This document shows, one piece after another, positions 46,746 to 59,694 of a DNA stretch of 64,000 nucleotides. Source of the stretch: Sporopachydermia quercuum (lineage: Eukaryota); NCBI GenBank assembly GCA_001599295.1, contig BCGN01000006.1, forward strand, positions 930,001 through 994,000, given 5' to 3'. The number at the start of each line of letters is the position of its first letter. Position 1 is the stretch's first letter. The notes under the pieces are model-generated. The model was given only the letters and a program-made list of their open reading frames with translations. It did no database searches and was not told the DNA's origin. The translations under genes and the position numbers were made by a program.

Positions 46746-48925
46746 TTTGAACACCGTATTTCAGCGGCTAATGAACAATATGTAATGATTTGACAGTGAC
46801 AAGATATAAATCTGTAAAAAGAAAACGTTTTGACAAAACAGTCGACAAAAAGAAGAAACAAGTAAGCAAATATAGCATATATAGCATGAATGTAGCAAGA
46901 TAAATGTTACTTCAAAAGGTATTATATTGCCTCTAACTCCTGCTTTATTGTTATGAAAATACACTTGCTGGTAATCTTCAATAATTTCTCTGAATAAATC
47001 AGCTTCCACTGCTTACAATCACTTCTCTCACTTTTTATTTGAAGAGCATCTTTCTTCCTACTTACCCTTTTTATCCTCTCTAACAAATATCTAAATGAAT
47101 AGAGTAGATAAAAATGAATTTCGTTTTGATCAATTAAACTATGCGCGACACGTAAATAGCAAATTAGATATAAATAAATACATGAGGCTACTTACAGAAA
47201 GAGAAGACTCCCAATCCATCTTTGGTTTACTATTTTTAAAGAATACATGCTTTTTCTTCAATAAAGATTATTACTGCAGAACAGAATGTATTTATGCTTG
47301 GCTTTTGGGACAAGCCGTAGAGCAGACGATATAGATCTTGTGAAGAGTAAACGTTAAACGTAGAGAAAAGGTGGATTATCAATAATATATTATTTATTTA
47401 GAACACATAATCGAGTTGTTACTTATATATGTATGTATATTGGGATTTGTGGTTTAAATGTTTTGTTACTGTGTCTTTGGAATTTGTGGATTAGAGCTGT
47501 GGATGGAGAAGGATTTCGAGCGCATGTGAAATGATCGATAGAAGTATAAATTTGAATGCGTTTTGTTGAAGTATGAAAGAAAGATGATGGATGATACAAT
47601 GATATTTAATCAAATTGTTGATTTATGTATATTTATATATTGTATATATAGAGGTAGCTAGAGAAGAAGTAGGTAATCCTACAGAATGTATGATTCATTA
47701 GTGTCCGTTGAAAGTCTTGAATCACAGGGCAGGAAACAGACGGAGATACTGGATATCAAGAACAATAACTTTACCCATTAGCACNGCGACATCGGATTGC
47801 CATTTGAATGNAAAAGGGAAATAAGGGTTCTGGTGTTGAATTAGAATACATGGAAAATTGCCTACTCATTTGTGTATATATTGTATATATCATACACAAA
47901 TCTTACTTGATTCGGCATGTCAATTTCTTATATCGTTTTAAATATTTAACCTCCTCCGGTGTCATCGGGTTCACTTTTAATATGGCCGAAAACAGCGACT
48001 TATTGGGAGTACCACTTAACATGTCCTGAAAAANGCACAAGTTTAATCAATCAAATACAGCCAATCTTTCCCTTCGTCACCTATCAATTTCCTCATATAT
48101 ATTATTAAATTATTCCTTTTTTTTTTCATTTCTATACTTCCCAGTATGTTCCTTCAATCTACCTTACTTCCACCATCATCCCAATTTAGACCCAGAATTT
48201 CGATCCTGTTTGGTTACCTCATCGACTTTTTTATCGGACATATTATGTAATCGGCAAATAAAATTTGAACTCAGCGTCTCATTACAGTATTTGATAGACA
48301 AAGTTTAAGTATCACGTAACGGTACATAGTGATGCATCAATCTGCATGTCGATAAACTCCTCAATCATTAGAACTCATTGTGGTGGGTGAATAAGCCAAG
48401 AGGATATGAATGGCAAAGGAGAAGCAGAAAAAGAAGTAGTGGAGATATATACTTTAGCACATNAGTTGAATTGAATGCAGAGTCTTCTACTCTTTGATTG
48501 AACCGTTGTTGACTGGTTGGTAAATAATAAAATATTGCATGAAACTTGAAAATCCGAGCGAAGGATAGAAATAGCTTACTGGGAGATAGCTATAAATTGG
48601 ATGTAAAGTGAGGAGAGAGATAAGTGGACCAGTACTTGAAATAAATCGTCATAGTTGAATTATAAGAATCAGCAGAGAGCTAAAAGTCGTTAGTAGAGGA
48701 TAGTAAAAGAAGGTCCTATTGAAAGGTAGTTTTAGTACATGCATTGATAGGAAGTGTAACTTTGATTGTTTGACTGTATAGCATATGTGACACAGTGAGT
48801 AGCATCTAGAATATCGCATCAGTTGTTTGCTCTTGTTCCTCTTTTTATTGCATAGAATATTGCATCTGGGCTCTGGCTCTGCTATTGCATTATATTACTA
48901 CACATTTTAGCCCTTTGTTAGCAGA

Positions 48926-51346
48926 ATGGCGAATTATAAGCCTTTGGAATCGAGATCCTCAGAAGTAAGGTCATTAATCTGTCTATTAGCGGCTTTGGCA
49001 TCTATTGGCTGGGGACTATACTTTAAAACAGCATTGAACATTAANTTTTCTGATTTATCTCCACTGCCTATTTTTCTATCATTTGACTCTGTTTCTTCTG
49101 TATCAAAGCTATCATTACATGATCAACTCGATGGTGTGTATGCACCTACATACAAGAGGATAGATTGGTTAAAGTATCCTCAACTTGCCTGGCCTGACGA
49201 AGGAGTATCAGTATTATCTGAGAATTCCTCTTATTTTCTCAATTATCCTAATGGAACCATTGAACCGTTGATAACTTTTGACAAATTCTGTTTTCAGAAC
49301 GAAAGCCACAAAATTGATGATTTTGTTCTTAGCAATGACTTATCATTGGCTATTATAACTACAGATAGAGAAAAACAATGGAGGCATTCTTCTCATGCCC
49401 TGCATTGGATTTATAACGTGTCTGACTTTTCAATAGTTCCATTTATTTCTTCNGATCCTTTAGCACAAATTGATCTTGCATTATGGTCACCCGATTCTAA
49501 GAAGATCTCTTTTGTCTATAACAATAATGTATATGTAAGGTTTCTCAACTCTGGTGAAAACGAAGCTGAAGTTCTTCAATATACTTTTGATGGTGGTGAT
49601 GAAATAATATATGGAAAACCTGACTGGGTGTATGAAGAGGAAGTTTTTGAAGGTAGCAGTGCTATGTGGTGGAATCCTACTGGTGATTATCTTGCCTTTC
49701 TAAAGACAAATGATACTAATGTACCTGAATATCCTTTGATATACTATGAAAAGCAAAATGTTGAAAAAGTGTCGTATCCTGACTTTTATCCTATCAAGTA
49801 TCCTAAATCCGGCTATCCCAACCCTGATGTTGATATGATGATAATAGATTTAACAGAATACAAAACTGGTTCTTATAAACTACCATTACCAAAGGAAATA
49901 CTAGAGTTGAATGAACCTATGTTTACTGAAGTAATCTGGCTTGGTGAGAAGAAGCTGTTGTTAAGAGTGACAGATCGTGAAAGCTCTAATTTGAAAGTCT
50001 GGGTTGTTGATGCTAAAGATAAAGCGGGAATTGTTACTCGTGAGGAATCATCTAAAGAAGGTTGGTTTGAAATAACTCAAAATACTTTATACATTCCTAA
50101 GGACCCTAAGGGAAGGTACAATGAAAGTTATGTTGATACTGTCACACACAAAGGATATAACCATTTGGCGTTGTTCAACATTACTAGTAATGAATATAGA
50201 TTATTAACATCTGGCGAATGGGAAGTCGTTAACGCCCCTTCAGGATTTGATCCTGAGCTCGGATTGGTTTATTTCTTTTCTACTGAAAGATCTCCTATTG
50301 AAAGACACTTGTATTCGGTATCTTTGATGTCTGGTGAGGTCAAGGAAATTACTACTGGTGAAGAAGCTTGGTATTCGGCTTCCTTTTCTGCAGGTGCCCG
50401 GTATGCTCTATTGACGTACGACGGCCCTGGTTTGCCTTATCAGAAGCTTATTGATCTTCATGGAGGTTCGCCTTTGGATTCTGAAATCATAGAAGATAAC
50501 TTGAAATTGAAGTCAACTTTACAGTCATTGGCTGTGCCTACAAAGACGTATTTTTCTATTGAGTTAACACCGGGTGTTTTTGGGAATGCTGTTGAAATTA
50601 GACCTCCTAATTTCAATCCTAATAGAAAATATCCTGTATTGTTTTATGTCTATGGAGGACCAGGAAGTCAAACTGTGATGAAAAGGTTTAGTCTTTCTTT
50701 TCAAGAGGTAGTAAGCTCAGCTCATGATGTAATTGTTGTTTCTGTTGATGGTAGAGGTACTGGTTTTATGGGACGTGAATTCCGGACTATAGTTAGAGGC
50801 AACTTAGGTTATTACGAGCCTAGAGATCAAATCACAGCTGCCAAATATTTTGCAGCTCAACCATATGTTGATGAAAATAGAATTGCTATCTGGGGCTGGA
50901 GTTATGGTGGGTATATGACTTTGAAGACATTGGAGACTGATGAAGGTGAAGTATTTTCTTATGGAATGTCTGTTGCTCCTGTTACCAATTGGCGGTTTTA
51001 TGATTCTATTTATACTGAAAGGTATATGCTGATGCCTCAGAACAATGAGCATGGATATAATGTTAGTGCCATCAGCGATGTGGAAAGCATTGGATCTTGT
51101 GATAGGTTTTTGTTGATGCATGGCACTGGTGATGATAATGTTCATTTCCAGAATTCACTAGCTGTGTTAGATAAATTAAATCTTGCTGGGGTCGAGAATT
51201 ATGATTTAATGGTTTTCCCTGATTCCGACCATGCGATATTTTTCCATAATGCCCGCCAGATTGTATTTGATAAGCTTTTCTCTTGGATTGGTAAAGCATT
51301 TAGAGGTGACTTTGATGCATACTCAACAGCAAAATTTCTAGTATGA
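48926..51346 (+). CDS. DAP2: Dipeptidyl aminopeptidase B (S9B, type II membrane)
   Basis: Short cytosolic tail plus one TM, WRHS, DWVYEEEV, GWSYGG, HGTGDDNVH, FPDSDH; adjacent to RPN1. Confidence 0.9.
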   Translation: MANYKPLESRSSEVRSLICLLAALASIGWGLYFKTALNIXFSDLSPLPIFLSFDSVSSVSKLSLHDQLDGVYAPTYKRIDWLKYPQLAWPDEGVSVLSENSSYFLNYPNGTIEPLITFDKFCFQNESHKIDDFVLSNDLSLAIITTDREKQWRHSSHALHWIYNVSDFSIVPFISXDPLAQIDLALWSPDSKKISFVYNNNVYVRFLNSGENEAEVLQYTFDGGDEIIYGKPDWVYEEEVFEGSSAMWWNPTGDYLAFLKTNDTNVPEYPLIYYEKQNVEKVSYPDFYPIKYPKSGYPNPDVDMMIIDLTEYKTGSYKLPLPKEILELNEPMFTEVIWLGEKKLLLRVTDRESSNLKVWVVDAKDKAGIVTREESSKEGWFEITQNTLYIPKDPKGRYNESYVDTVTHKGYNHLALFNITSNEYRLLTSGEWEVVNAPSGFDPELGLVYFFSTERSPIERHLYSVSLMSGEVKEITTGEEAWYSASFSAGARYALLTYDGPGLPYQKLIDLHGGSPLDSEIIEDNLKLKSTLQSLAVPTKTYFSIELTPGVFGNAVEIRPPNFNPNRKYPVLFYVYGGPGSQTVMKRFSLSFQEVVSSAHDVIVVSVDGRGTGFMGREFRTIVRGNLGYYEPRDQITAAKYFAAQPYVDENRIAIWGWSYGGYMTLKTLETDEGEVFSYGMSVAPVTNWRFYDSIYTERYMLMPQNNEHGYNVSAISDVESIGSCDRFLLMHGTGDDNVHFQNSLAVLDKLNLAGVENYDLMVFPDSDHAIFFHNARQIVFDKLFSWIGKAFRGDFDAYSTAKFLV

Positions 51347-52071
51347 AAGTAGACCAGGTTAGATATAAAAAGTCTTTTGAACGTTTCATGATTGAGTAAA
51401 TTAGTTAGTCAGTTTTGATGGTTGACAAGAGAATGTGAGTTAGTTGGCGTAGTTGTTCATTATAGGGATTAACATGGGATCATGGATCTTATGGATCGTA
51501 TAGATTAGGTTAGATGAATGTTTGGATTGATAATGGGTTGATTGAAGAGGTTTAGGAAAGGAAAGGTTACTGGTTTTTTTCCATGTTGGCTAGAAGATTA
51601 ATATAGTTGAAAATAATGATATATATTACTGTGTGTGATATTTGCTGTAATGGCTATGGTAACTAAGGTTTCAAATTGTAGTTAAGGTTTCTGCGAGATT
51701 TAGAGTTGTGCATTCCAACACATTTAGACGCATAAAACGTTAAAGCCTGCATATAGAGTGTAAAGGGACACACAAACAACACCGATTTTGCTATTTCATA
51801 AGAGTGTCATCATCTCACATAAGTCGCAACGTGAATTGTACTGCTTGCAACTATCAACTAGCTCTTCATGCCACCTCCATCAACGCTCTTCCCTCTTCCC
51901 AACTCATACTGTTCACATCGCATCTCATCTCAAATCTTACAACTCACANATAAAACATCACGTGATACAAAAGTATCTCTTGTGATACCTCATTAAATAC
52001 TCTTCTGAATTGCCCCCTAGCCTTTACTGAAGTCAATCGAATAGTGAAAAGCTGAACGAGGCGTTTTCTGG

Positions 52072-52079
52072 TCGCCACC
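52072..52079 (-). promoter_or_regulatory. Rpn4/PACE-like element upstream of RPN1
   Basis: TCGCCACC = GGTGGCGA on the minus strand, about 260 bp before the RPN1 ATG. Confidence 0.65.
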
Positions 52080-52333
52080 TGTACTGTCAGCAGTCAATGA
52101 TAACTAATAATAAATGCTCAGAATTGAATACCAATTGTATCATCAAGCCATCAATTGTATCAAAAATTGTATTGAAAAATATAACCAAACGTTGGTTTGA
52201 TTGATTTGAAGGCAATTCAACGGAAATCGTATTGTGTTTATGTTTGGTTCCAGTTGTTTCATACCATTTACAATCAACTGAGTTCTTATCTATAGAAACT
52301 ATCTACAGTTTGAGCACAAAAAATTAATCAAAG

Positions 52334-55237
52334 ATGGTTGAAGCTGATAAAGCTAGCAGCAGTTCAGCTGGTGATGAATCGTCGAAAGACAAGGAGCAAA
52401 ACAACGTGCAGGAATCACCAAAGGAACAGGCTAAAGATGTAAAGAAGAAATCAAAGAAGGAAGAAGAAGAAGAGGAAGAAATGTCAGAAGAAGATCGTCA
52501 ACTAAAAGGTGAATTAGAAATGTTAGTAGAAAGATTGCAAGAATCAAAGACTGAATTATATGAACCAGCTTTGAATCAACTAAAGGAGTTCATTAAAACA
52601 TCTACATCATCTATGACAGCAGTACCAAAACCATTGAAGTTTCTTCGACCTCACTTCCCTATTTTGGTTGAATTGTATGATTCTTGGATTGATGATTCAT
52701 TGAAATTAATCCTTGCTGATATCTTATCAGTTCTTGGAATGACATATTCTGATGGTGGGAAAAGAGAATCTCTAAAATTCCGACTGTTATCACAAACTGA
52801 TGATATTGGATCATGGGGTCATGAATATGTTCGTCATTTAGCATTAGAGCTTGGAGAAGAGTTTATTGCTAGAGCTGAAAAAGAAAGTAATAATAAAGAG
52901 GAAAACGTTGCTGAATTACAAAGTTTAGCTTTACAAGTTGTTCCCTTTTTCTTAAAACATAACGCAGAAGCCGATGCAGTAGATTTGCTATTAGAATTAG
53001 AATCTATTGAACAATTACCTCAGTTTGTTGATAAAAATGTCTTCTCAAGAGTTTGTCTTTATATGGTAAGTTGTGTGCCATTTTTGGCTCCTCCTGATGA
53101 TTTATCGTTCTTACATACTGCTTATACTATTTATATGAATCATGCTCAATTGACCCACGCTTTGACTCTGGCTATTCGTTTGGATGATGAAGAGTTAATG
53201 CGTAATGTGTTTAAAGCTACAACGGACAAATCCACTCAAAAGCAATTAGCATTTATTTTAAGCAGACAATCTGTTGTTCTCCAGTTGGATGATGAAGAAG
53301 TCCAAGAGTGTTTGTCTAATGCTCATTTAACAGAATATTTCAATTACCTGGCGAAGGAATTAAACCTGCTTGATCCTAAAACTCCCGAAGATATTTATAA
53401 GTCAGATTTAGACCGAGCGACTTCGTTTTCAGGCAGCAGTTTAGACTCTGCTAAACAAAATTTAGCCTCTAGTTTTGCTAATGCTTTTTTAAACTGTGGT
53501 TATTGTAATGATAAGCTTATGACTGATGAGCAATTAGGAAGCTGGATTTATAAAACCAAGGGCTTGGGAACTTTTTCGACAACAGCGTCTTTAGGGGCAA
53601 TTTATCAATGGGAAACCAGCGAAGGTTTACAACAGTTGGATACTTTTATGTATTCTTCTGATGAATTAATCAAAGCTGGTGCTATGCTTGGTATAGGCTT
53701 AGCATGTACTAATGTTCATGATGATATGGACACAGCATTTTTACTACTTAGTGAACAGGTGTCGTCTAATAGCAAGTATATTCAGATTGCTTCTATTATG
53801 GGGTTGGGATTATCATCTGCAGGAACCAAAGATGAAAAGCTGTCTGAATTACTACTACCTTTAGTAAGTGATACTTCAGTACCACTAGAAGTTTCTTGTT
53901 TAGCTGCTTTATCCTTAGGTCATATCTTCGTTGGAACCTGCAATGGTGATATCACATCTACTATTCTGCAAACCTTGTTAGAGCGGTCATATATTCAATT
54001 GGCTTCAAAATGGATCCGTTTTATGGCTTTAGGCTTAGCATTACTGTTTGTAGGTAAATATGAACAGGTAGATGATGTTTTAGAAACAATCAAAGCTATT
54101 GAGCATCCTATTGCTAAAACCCTAGAAGTGTTAGTGACAATCTGCTCTTACGCTGGTACTGGGAATGTCTTGCAGATCCAGAACTTGCTACACGAATGTA
54201 CTCAATTCCCTGAGGAGGAGAAAGAAAAAGATGGCGAGAATGAAGAAGATGAGAGCAGTGCTATAGCCGGAGAGTCTGAAACAGGTCAAACTGAAGGAGA
54301 CTCCAATTCAAGTGGTGATGCTGGAAGTAAGCCTATTGTGGAGAACGGCAATAAGGACGGGGAAGAAGATGCTACCCTGGAAGACGCTGATAATGATGAT
54401 GACGATGAGGATGAACTAGATGATAAAGCAGATGAAGACAAATCATACTTAGGATACGCAGTGTTAGGATTAGCTTGTATTGGAATGGGAGAGGACATTG
54501 GGGCCGATATGACATTCCGACATTTTGAACATTTGATGCATTATGGTAGTGATGAAATCAAAAGAGCCGTTCCTTTAGCTATGGGTCTTCTTTCACCATC
54601 TAATCCTCAAATGAAGGTATTTGAAACTCTTTCGAGATACTCTCACGACAATGATTTAGAAGTAGCATTAAATGCTATCTTCTCCATGGGTCTTGTTGGG
54701 TCTGGTACTAATAATGCACGTATTGCTCAATTGTTGAGACAGCTAGCTAGTTATTATGTTCGAGATCCTGATTGCTTGTTTATGGTTAGAATTGCTCAGG
54801 GTCTACTTCATATGGGTAAAGGATCTCAAACATTAAGTCTTTATAGCTCAGATCGACAAATCCTTAATAGAGTATCATTTGCAGGGTTATTGACAGTGTT
54901 AGTAACTCTTTTAGATCCAAAGGCATTTATTCTTGATGATGATCATTACTTATTATATTTCATCAATGAAGCTATTAGACCTAGAATGCTTGTTACATTA
55001 GATGAAGATTTGAATCCTTTGAAAGTAAATGTGAGAGTTGGTCAAGCTGTTGATGTCGTTGGTCAAGCAGGTAAACCTAAGACAATCACTGGCTGGGTGA
55101 CTCATAATACACCGGTTTTATTAGGATATGGGGAAAGAGCTGAATTGGAAGATGATCAATATATTAGTTATACACATTCATTAGAAGGAGTTGTTATTTT
55201 GAAAAAGAACGAAGAATTTATGGATGTGGATAATTAA
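52334..55237 (+). CDS. RPN1: 26S proteasome regulatory subunit Rpn1
   Basis: TSTSSMTAVPKPLKFLRPH, SWGHEYVRHL, PC repeats, VRVGQAVDVVGQAGKPKTITG. Confidence 0.97.
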   Translation: MVEADKASSSSAGDESSKDKEQNNVQESPKEQAKDVKKKSKKEEEEEEEMSEEDRQLKGELEMLVERLQESKTELYEPALNQLKEFIKTSTSSMTAVPKPLKFLRPHFPILVELYDSWIDDSLKLILADILSVLGMTYSDGGKRESLKFRLLSQTDDIGSWGHEYVRHLALELGEEFIARAEKESNNKEENVAELQSLALQVVPFFLKHNAEADAVDLLLELESIEQLPQFVDKNVFSRVCLYMVSCVPFLAPPDDLSFLHTAYTIYMNHAQLTHALTLAIRLDDEELMRNVFKATTDKSTQKQLAFILSRQSVVLQLDDEEVQECLSNAHLTEYFNYLAKELNLLDPKTPEDIYKSDLDRATSFSGSSLDSAKQNLASSFANAFLNCGYCNDKLMTDEQLGSWIYKTKGLGTFSTTASLGAIYQWETSEGLQQLDTFMYSSDELIKAGAMLGIGLACTNVHDDMDTAFLLLSEQVSSNSKYIQIASIMGLGLSSAGTKDEKLSELLLPLVSDTSVPLEVSCLAALSLGHIFVGTCNGDITSTILQTLLERSYIQLASKWIRFMALGLALLFVGKYEQVDDVLETIKAIEHPIAKTLEVLVTICSYAGTGNVLQIQNLLHECTQFPEEEKEKDGENEEDESSAIAGESETGQTEGDSNSSGDAGSKPIVENGNKDGEEDATLEDADNDDDDEDELDDKADEDKSYLGYAVLGLACIGMGEDIGADMTFRHFEHLMHYGSDEIKRAVPLAMGLLSPSNPQMKVFETLSRYSHDNDLEVALNAIFSMGLVGSGTNNARIAQLLRQLASYYVRDPDCLFMVRIAQGLLHMGKGSQTLSLYSSDRQILNRVSFAGLLTVLVTLLDPKAFILDDDHYLLYFINEAIRPRMLVTLDEDLNPLKVNVRVGQAVDVVGQAGKPKTITGWVTHNTPVLLGYGERAELEDDQYISYTHSLEGVVILKKNEEFMDVDN

Positions 55238-55960
55238 TATACATTACTTCTTATTAAGAATGTAAAAATGTTTACACCTAATGTTTATATATGTATATAT
55301 ATATATAATGCTGTAATACAATCAGATTGATAATTATTTTGAATGATGTAATCGCATAATACATTTTATCTTAATACCTATTTTACCATCTGGATTTATT
55401 CTACTTGTGTCAGAAGTCAATTAGCAGAAAGTAATTAGCTGCGGGCTGATTTAATACTTCAATGGTCTCTTTAGTTATAGATGAGAAGATGAGGCCATAC
55501 AACTGAGAAGGTAGAACCAACCAATTACTCGTAGTACGCACTTTTTCTTATGCTTTCACTGGATATACATTTCTAGTAGATTCAACGTAATAAAACCAAA
55601 CTACAGTAAAATATGTTCAGTTCTTGCCTTTAGTTAGAATACTTCCTAGGTTTCATCGTATTTTGTACCGAATTTAGTTACATATTTAATATTTGTAGGT
55701 TGTTAGTGCTTTTGCTAAATTATTGAATACATTCAATAACATATAATATACTACTATACGGTTTACCCATCAGTATGTAAGACTCTCTATTTTAGATATA
55801 CATGACTGTTTCTTTTCTTCAATCTTAATCTTATGCAGTTCCCTATCGTCTGCCTCTTGTTGTTTTCTGTGCTTTTTATTTGATTCATTTTCTTTCGCCG
55901 AATTGACTATTAGTGAATTCTATTCGGCTTCCCTTTTCTTCCTCTCTTTTCTTCTCTTCT

Positions 55961-56663
55961 TTACTTGAACTCCTGAGCTTTGCCAGCCATCAGCAAGCCA
56001 ACAATTAAACCAAATAAACCTAAGACACTACCAAAAATCTCAATAACAAGAATCTTGACAAATAATGCTGCGTCTGCAGCATCTGCAACAGCAGCTGTTG
56101 AACCAGTGATTCCCACAGCGACACCGCAAATCAAATTACTTAATCCAACTGTCAGTCCTGCCCAGAATAATGAATAGCCAGTATAGAAGTTCTCTTTTGT
56201 ATACAAATCGATGCCTGATACATTTGTAAGTTTTGCTGAAAATACAATGGCCATGATAAGACCATAAATAGCTACGACTTCACAGAAAATAATAGAAATC
56301 AGATTCTTAGTTGTTATTCGTGGAGCTTTAATACCAGCTCCGATAACAGATGAACCCGTGATAAAAATACCCCAAGCAGCTCCAACAACACTCATTCCTA
56401 TACAATTAGCAATTCCCAAACTTGCCCACATGTATGGCGATGTTGTCATGAGAAATTCGCCAAAATTGAATGCTTCTCCTGATCCTGTGAAGAGTAGGTC
56501 TATAATAAAAAGTTAGTATCAAATCACATTGAAAGGTTCACGTTCGGTGTTTGATTATTCGTTTGCTGATTTGTTAAATTTTGTTAATAGAAACTAAAAA
56601 CAACTTACAGCCTCCTACTACAAGAGCTCCCGTAAGAGTTAAAGAAGGAAGAACGTAGCCCAT
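55961..56663 (-). CDS. VMA16: V-ATPase V0 subunit c''; exons 56663-56609 and 56499-55961; 197 aa
   Basis: Intron GTAAGT...TACTAAC...TATAG (56608-56500) gives [53 protein letters not shown]. Confidence 0.95.
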
Positions 56664-57758
56664 TGCGTTGTTGAGTATTCTAGAGAATAGATATGTTTGG
56701 ATGGGTATGTGTGTAGAGCAACAGCTAATTTGAGCAGAATTGGAAGCTTGATTCTTGAACAAAGCTTTATGTTGCTTAGATTAATGCTGCTAAACTGTTC
56801 AGAATATTTCAATGGAACAAATCTCAGCTGGATTGGATTTTAGTCTGTTGATTGATTCTATTCTCTACTTTGTGCAATATGTATAGTAGACGTAGAGGTA
56901 AGCTATTCACTCAACACAGACAAGCACAATGAAACCTGACTTGATTCTCCGAATGGAAACAAGAGTTGAGATAGCAGTTGAATATCTAAGTGTAAACGGT
57001 GGTTTGATAAGTACCTATTTTAGATAGATTGAAAGAAACTCCCATACAGTAAGCATCAATTGATTACTACTGTTTGATGATATGCTCTTAGTTACTTAAG
57101 GCTGCTGCCTGCACTGTTGAAGCAGCCAAAGACAACGAAATACGGACCGTTTTTTAATGATTATGTGATCAGTTAAGATCAGGACTTGGGTTTTTCTGGA
57201 CATGCTTCCTTATAGTTTCCGGAGTGGGAGTAAGGTGAGGAAAGACACCAGAAGGAAATATATAAATAAAACTAAGATAGTTGTTGTTGGAAGTAATTAC
57301 AGTTATTTTCAGTTTTTGATATATTTGAAAAACTTTCGTGAGAAGGAGTTATAGAAATGTATAGCATTGNGGGTAAAACTGGATGCTGGATCAGTAGATT
57401 ACGGAAATTATATTAATTGCTTGATTTCCGAAATTTATGATGGTGATTCACTGAGTTGATCGATATCCAACAAATAAAACAGAACTTTTAGGCTATTCGC
57501 TTTAAATGATCGATAATAATAAATTGAAATAATGTTTGATAGATGTTTAATTTTGCCCAGGCAATTCGTGGTTTTAACAGCTATAATGGACTCAGGTTAA
57601 GTATTTCACAAGAGACACATATTGTCTCACCTACTTCTCAAGTATAAAATTGAATATATATATCCATAGTCATTATAGATAATATATGATATAATATAAT
57701 ATTAATAACTACAAGGGAACCAGGTCATAGAGACATAAAATAGACTTCTCACCATAAT

Positions 57759-58814
57759 CTATTGTTCCACAACAGCTCCTTCATTGGCAAGCTCTAAAAC
57801 CTTCCATTGACATTCAATGTCGGCCTTCTTAAACCTTTGAACGATTTCTTCAGCAATAGCATCAAAATTTTCAGTAGCAAGTGCTAAAATTGTTGGTCCT
57901 GCACCACTAAGACATATTCCCAAAAGACCAGGATGTGTCTTTGGTGTGACGCTAGCAAGGATTTCTGTTAATCCAGGTATTAGTGTTTTACGGTAAGGTT
58001 GATGAACTCTGTCTTGCATAGCAGCATAAATCAATTCAGGATCGGGTGGACATCTTGTAACGGCAGTCGTCAAAACAGCTAATCGTTGTAGATTGAATAT
58101 CATATCTTTAGCAGTGTACGCAGTAGGTAAAACACTTCTAGAAGTAGCGGTAGATACTTCGAAATTAGGAATAATCACCACACATTTAATCTCGGGGCAC
58201 CAATCATACTTGATATGTCTGCCAATATTAAAAGGTGGCTCAGGAGGTTTCAATCCAGTATTTACACCACCAGCAGGTTCTGGTAGAACTTCACTAAGAG
58301 GAATTTCTTTTCTCTCCATCTCACTTGCACTTAAATCACGCAAGTATGATCCAACGAATCCTCCCATCATAGCAGCTGTGATATTGTCAGGGTGTCTTTC
58401 AATCATCAAGCAATAATCAAGCATTCTTTGCTTCGTGAATTCAAGCTTTCCAACCTCATTTCCAAGCATAACACCAGCTACAACAGCAGCCCCTGATGAT
58501 CCTAATCCTCTACCTAAAGGTATAGGACTAATAACATGAATAGAAGTACCAATNGGGAACGTAGTGATATCGTTACATCTTAAAACATATAGAGCTGTGC
58601 GAGTGATTAAATTGTAATCAGATTCCAATGGTACAGAATCAGCACCTTCTCCTTCGTATGAAAGCTTGCAGTTGTAGAGATCATCGTTTGACTGAGAAGC
58701 ATCAATAGTAACATGAAGTTCAAGGAATAAACTTAGAGCTATTCCTAGTACATCATAACCGGGCCCAATATTTGCTGATGATGCCGGAACTTTGATGACA
58801 AATTTCTGGATCAT
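57759..58814 (-). CDS. THR1: Homoserine kinase
   Basis: [24 protein letters not shown] (GHMP), [25 protein letters not shown] at 58814. Confidence 0.96.
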   Translation of the reverse strand: MIQKFVIKVPASSANIGPGYDVLGIALSLFLELHVTIDASQSNDDLYNCKLSYEGEGADSVPLESDYNLITRTALYVLRCNDITTFXIGTSIHVISPIPLGRGLGSSGAAVVAGVMLGNEVGKLEFTKQRMLDYCLMIERHPDNITAAMMGGFVGSYLRDLSASEMERKEIPLSEVLPEPAGGVNTGLKPPEPPFNIGRHIKYDWCPEIKCVVIIPNFEVSTATSRSVLPTAYTAKDMIFNLQRLAVLTTAVTRCPPDPELIYAAMQDRVHQPYRKTLIPGLTEILASVTPKTHPGLLGICLSGAGPTILALATENFDAIAEEIVQRFKKADIECQWKVLELANEGAVVEQ

Positions 58815-58930
58815 TTTTTTGGAAATTGATGATCTATGAATAAACAATTGTTTCTTAAAGATTTANTAAATAGGATAGCAAGCAATCAATCACAGACAAC
58901 AGACACCACAATGCAGGGATGTGTCACAGA

Positions 58931-58962
58931 TCAATCAATCAATCAATAGACTAACTAACTAA
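58931..58962. repeat. Compound microsatellite of TCAA and ACTA units
   Basis: tcaatcaatcaatcaatagactaactaactaa in the THR1 upstream region. Confidence 0.8.
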
Positions 58963-59694
58963 ACGATGGACTGAATTATTGAATGCAACCAGTTGTCAGA
59001 CAAAACCTAATTGCAGACCTTCTAGTATTTTACATCCAGTAATTTGATTCAAAACTGTTAGATCAGTTTACTGAAGTTCCTGTGCTCTATAAAGAGTAAT
59101 GGAAACATTCCTTTCAGTCATTCACTGAAGTNCCCTCCGAGACTGTCCTTAATTTATCAGATTTTTCCAACAGATGTTCGTCTAAAAAAATGTCTATGTC
59201 GGAGTGTGTCATACAGTCTGTCAGAGAAAACTTTGAGAAAAACCTGACCTCTGACAGTCCAGGACCTTTTCTCTCTTCCTCAACTCGTGTCATAGAAATC
59301 ATGACATGGGTTATAGTCATATATGCATAAATATGCATGGTTAAAAGTTNAAGGTTTGATCGAACTTTAACATGGATCTTGNTCACGTGGTTTTGAAATT
59401 TTGATCACATAATCATGNATGGCTCACTAACTCCGAATTTTCCAACAATTTCTTCAACGGCAATTCCGTTTGTTCCTCTTATGTCTCCTCTTTGCTTTAC
59501 GATCTCCGATTCTGTTATTTTCCAAGTNTTCANACATAAAACAGACTGTGAATTGGATTAATAACTTCGTCGTAATTTCCCCTTTAGGACTCCATACCTT
59601 TTCCATCTGCTTTCCGCTGTTTTTCTGCCTGGGTCCTAATCACTTCCGAGCTTACATCTCTGTTTATCTTACTTACCATACATTTACTACTACA

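Noticed and set aside
59470..59694. 75-codon N-terminal extension of MAS2 in the ORF track
   Set aside because: TTG start; the ATG at 59695 begins a typical mitochondrial presequence.
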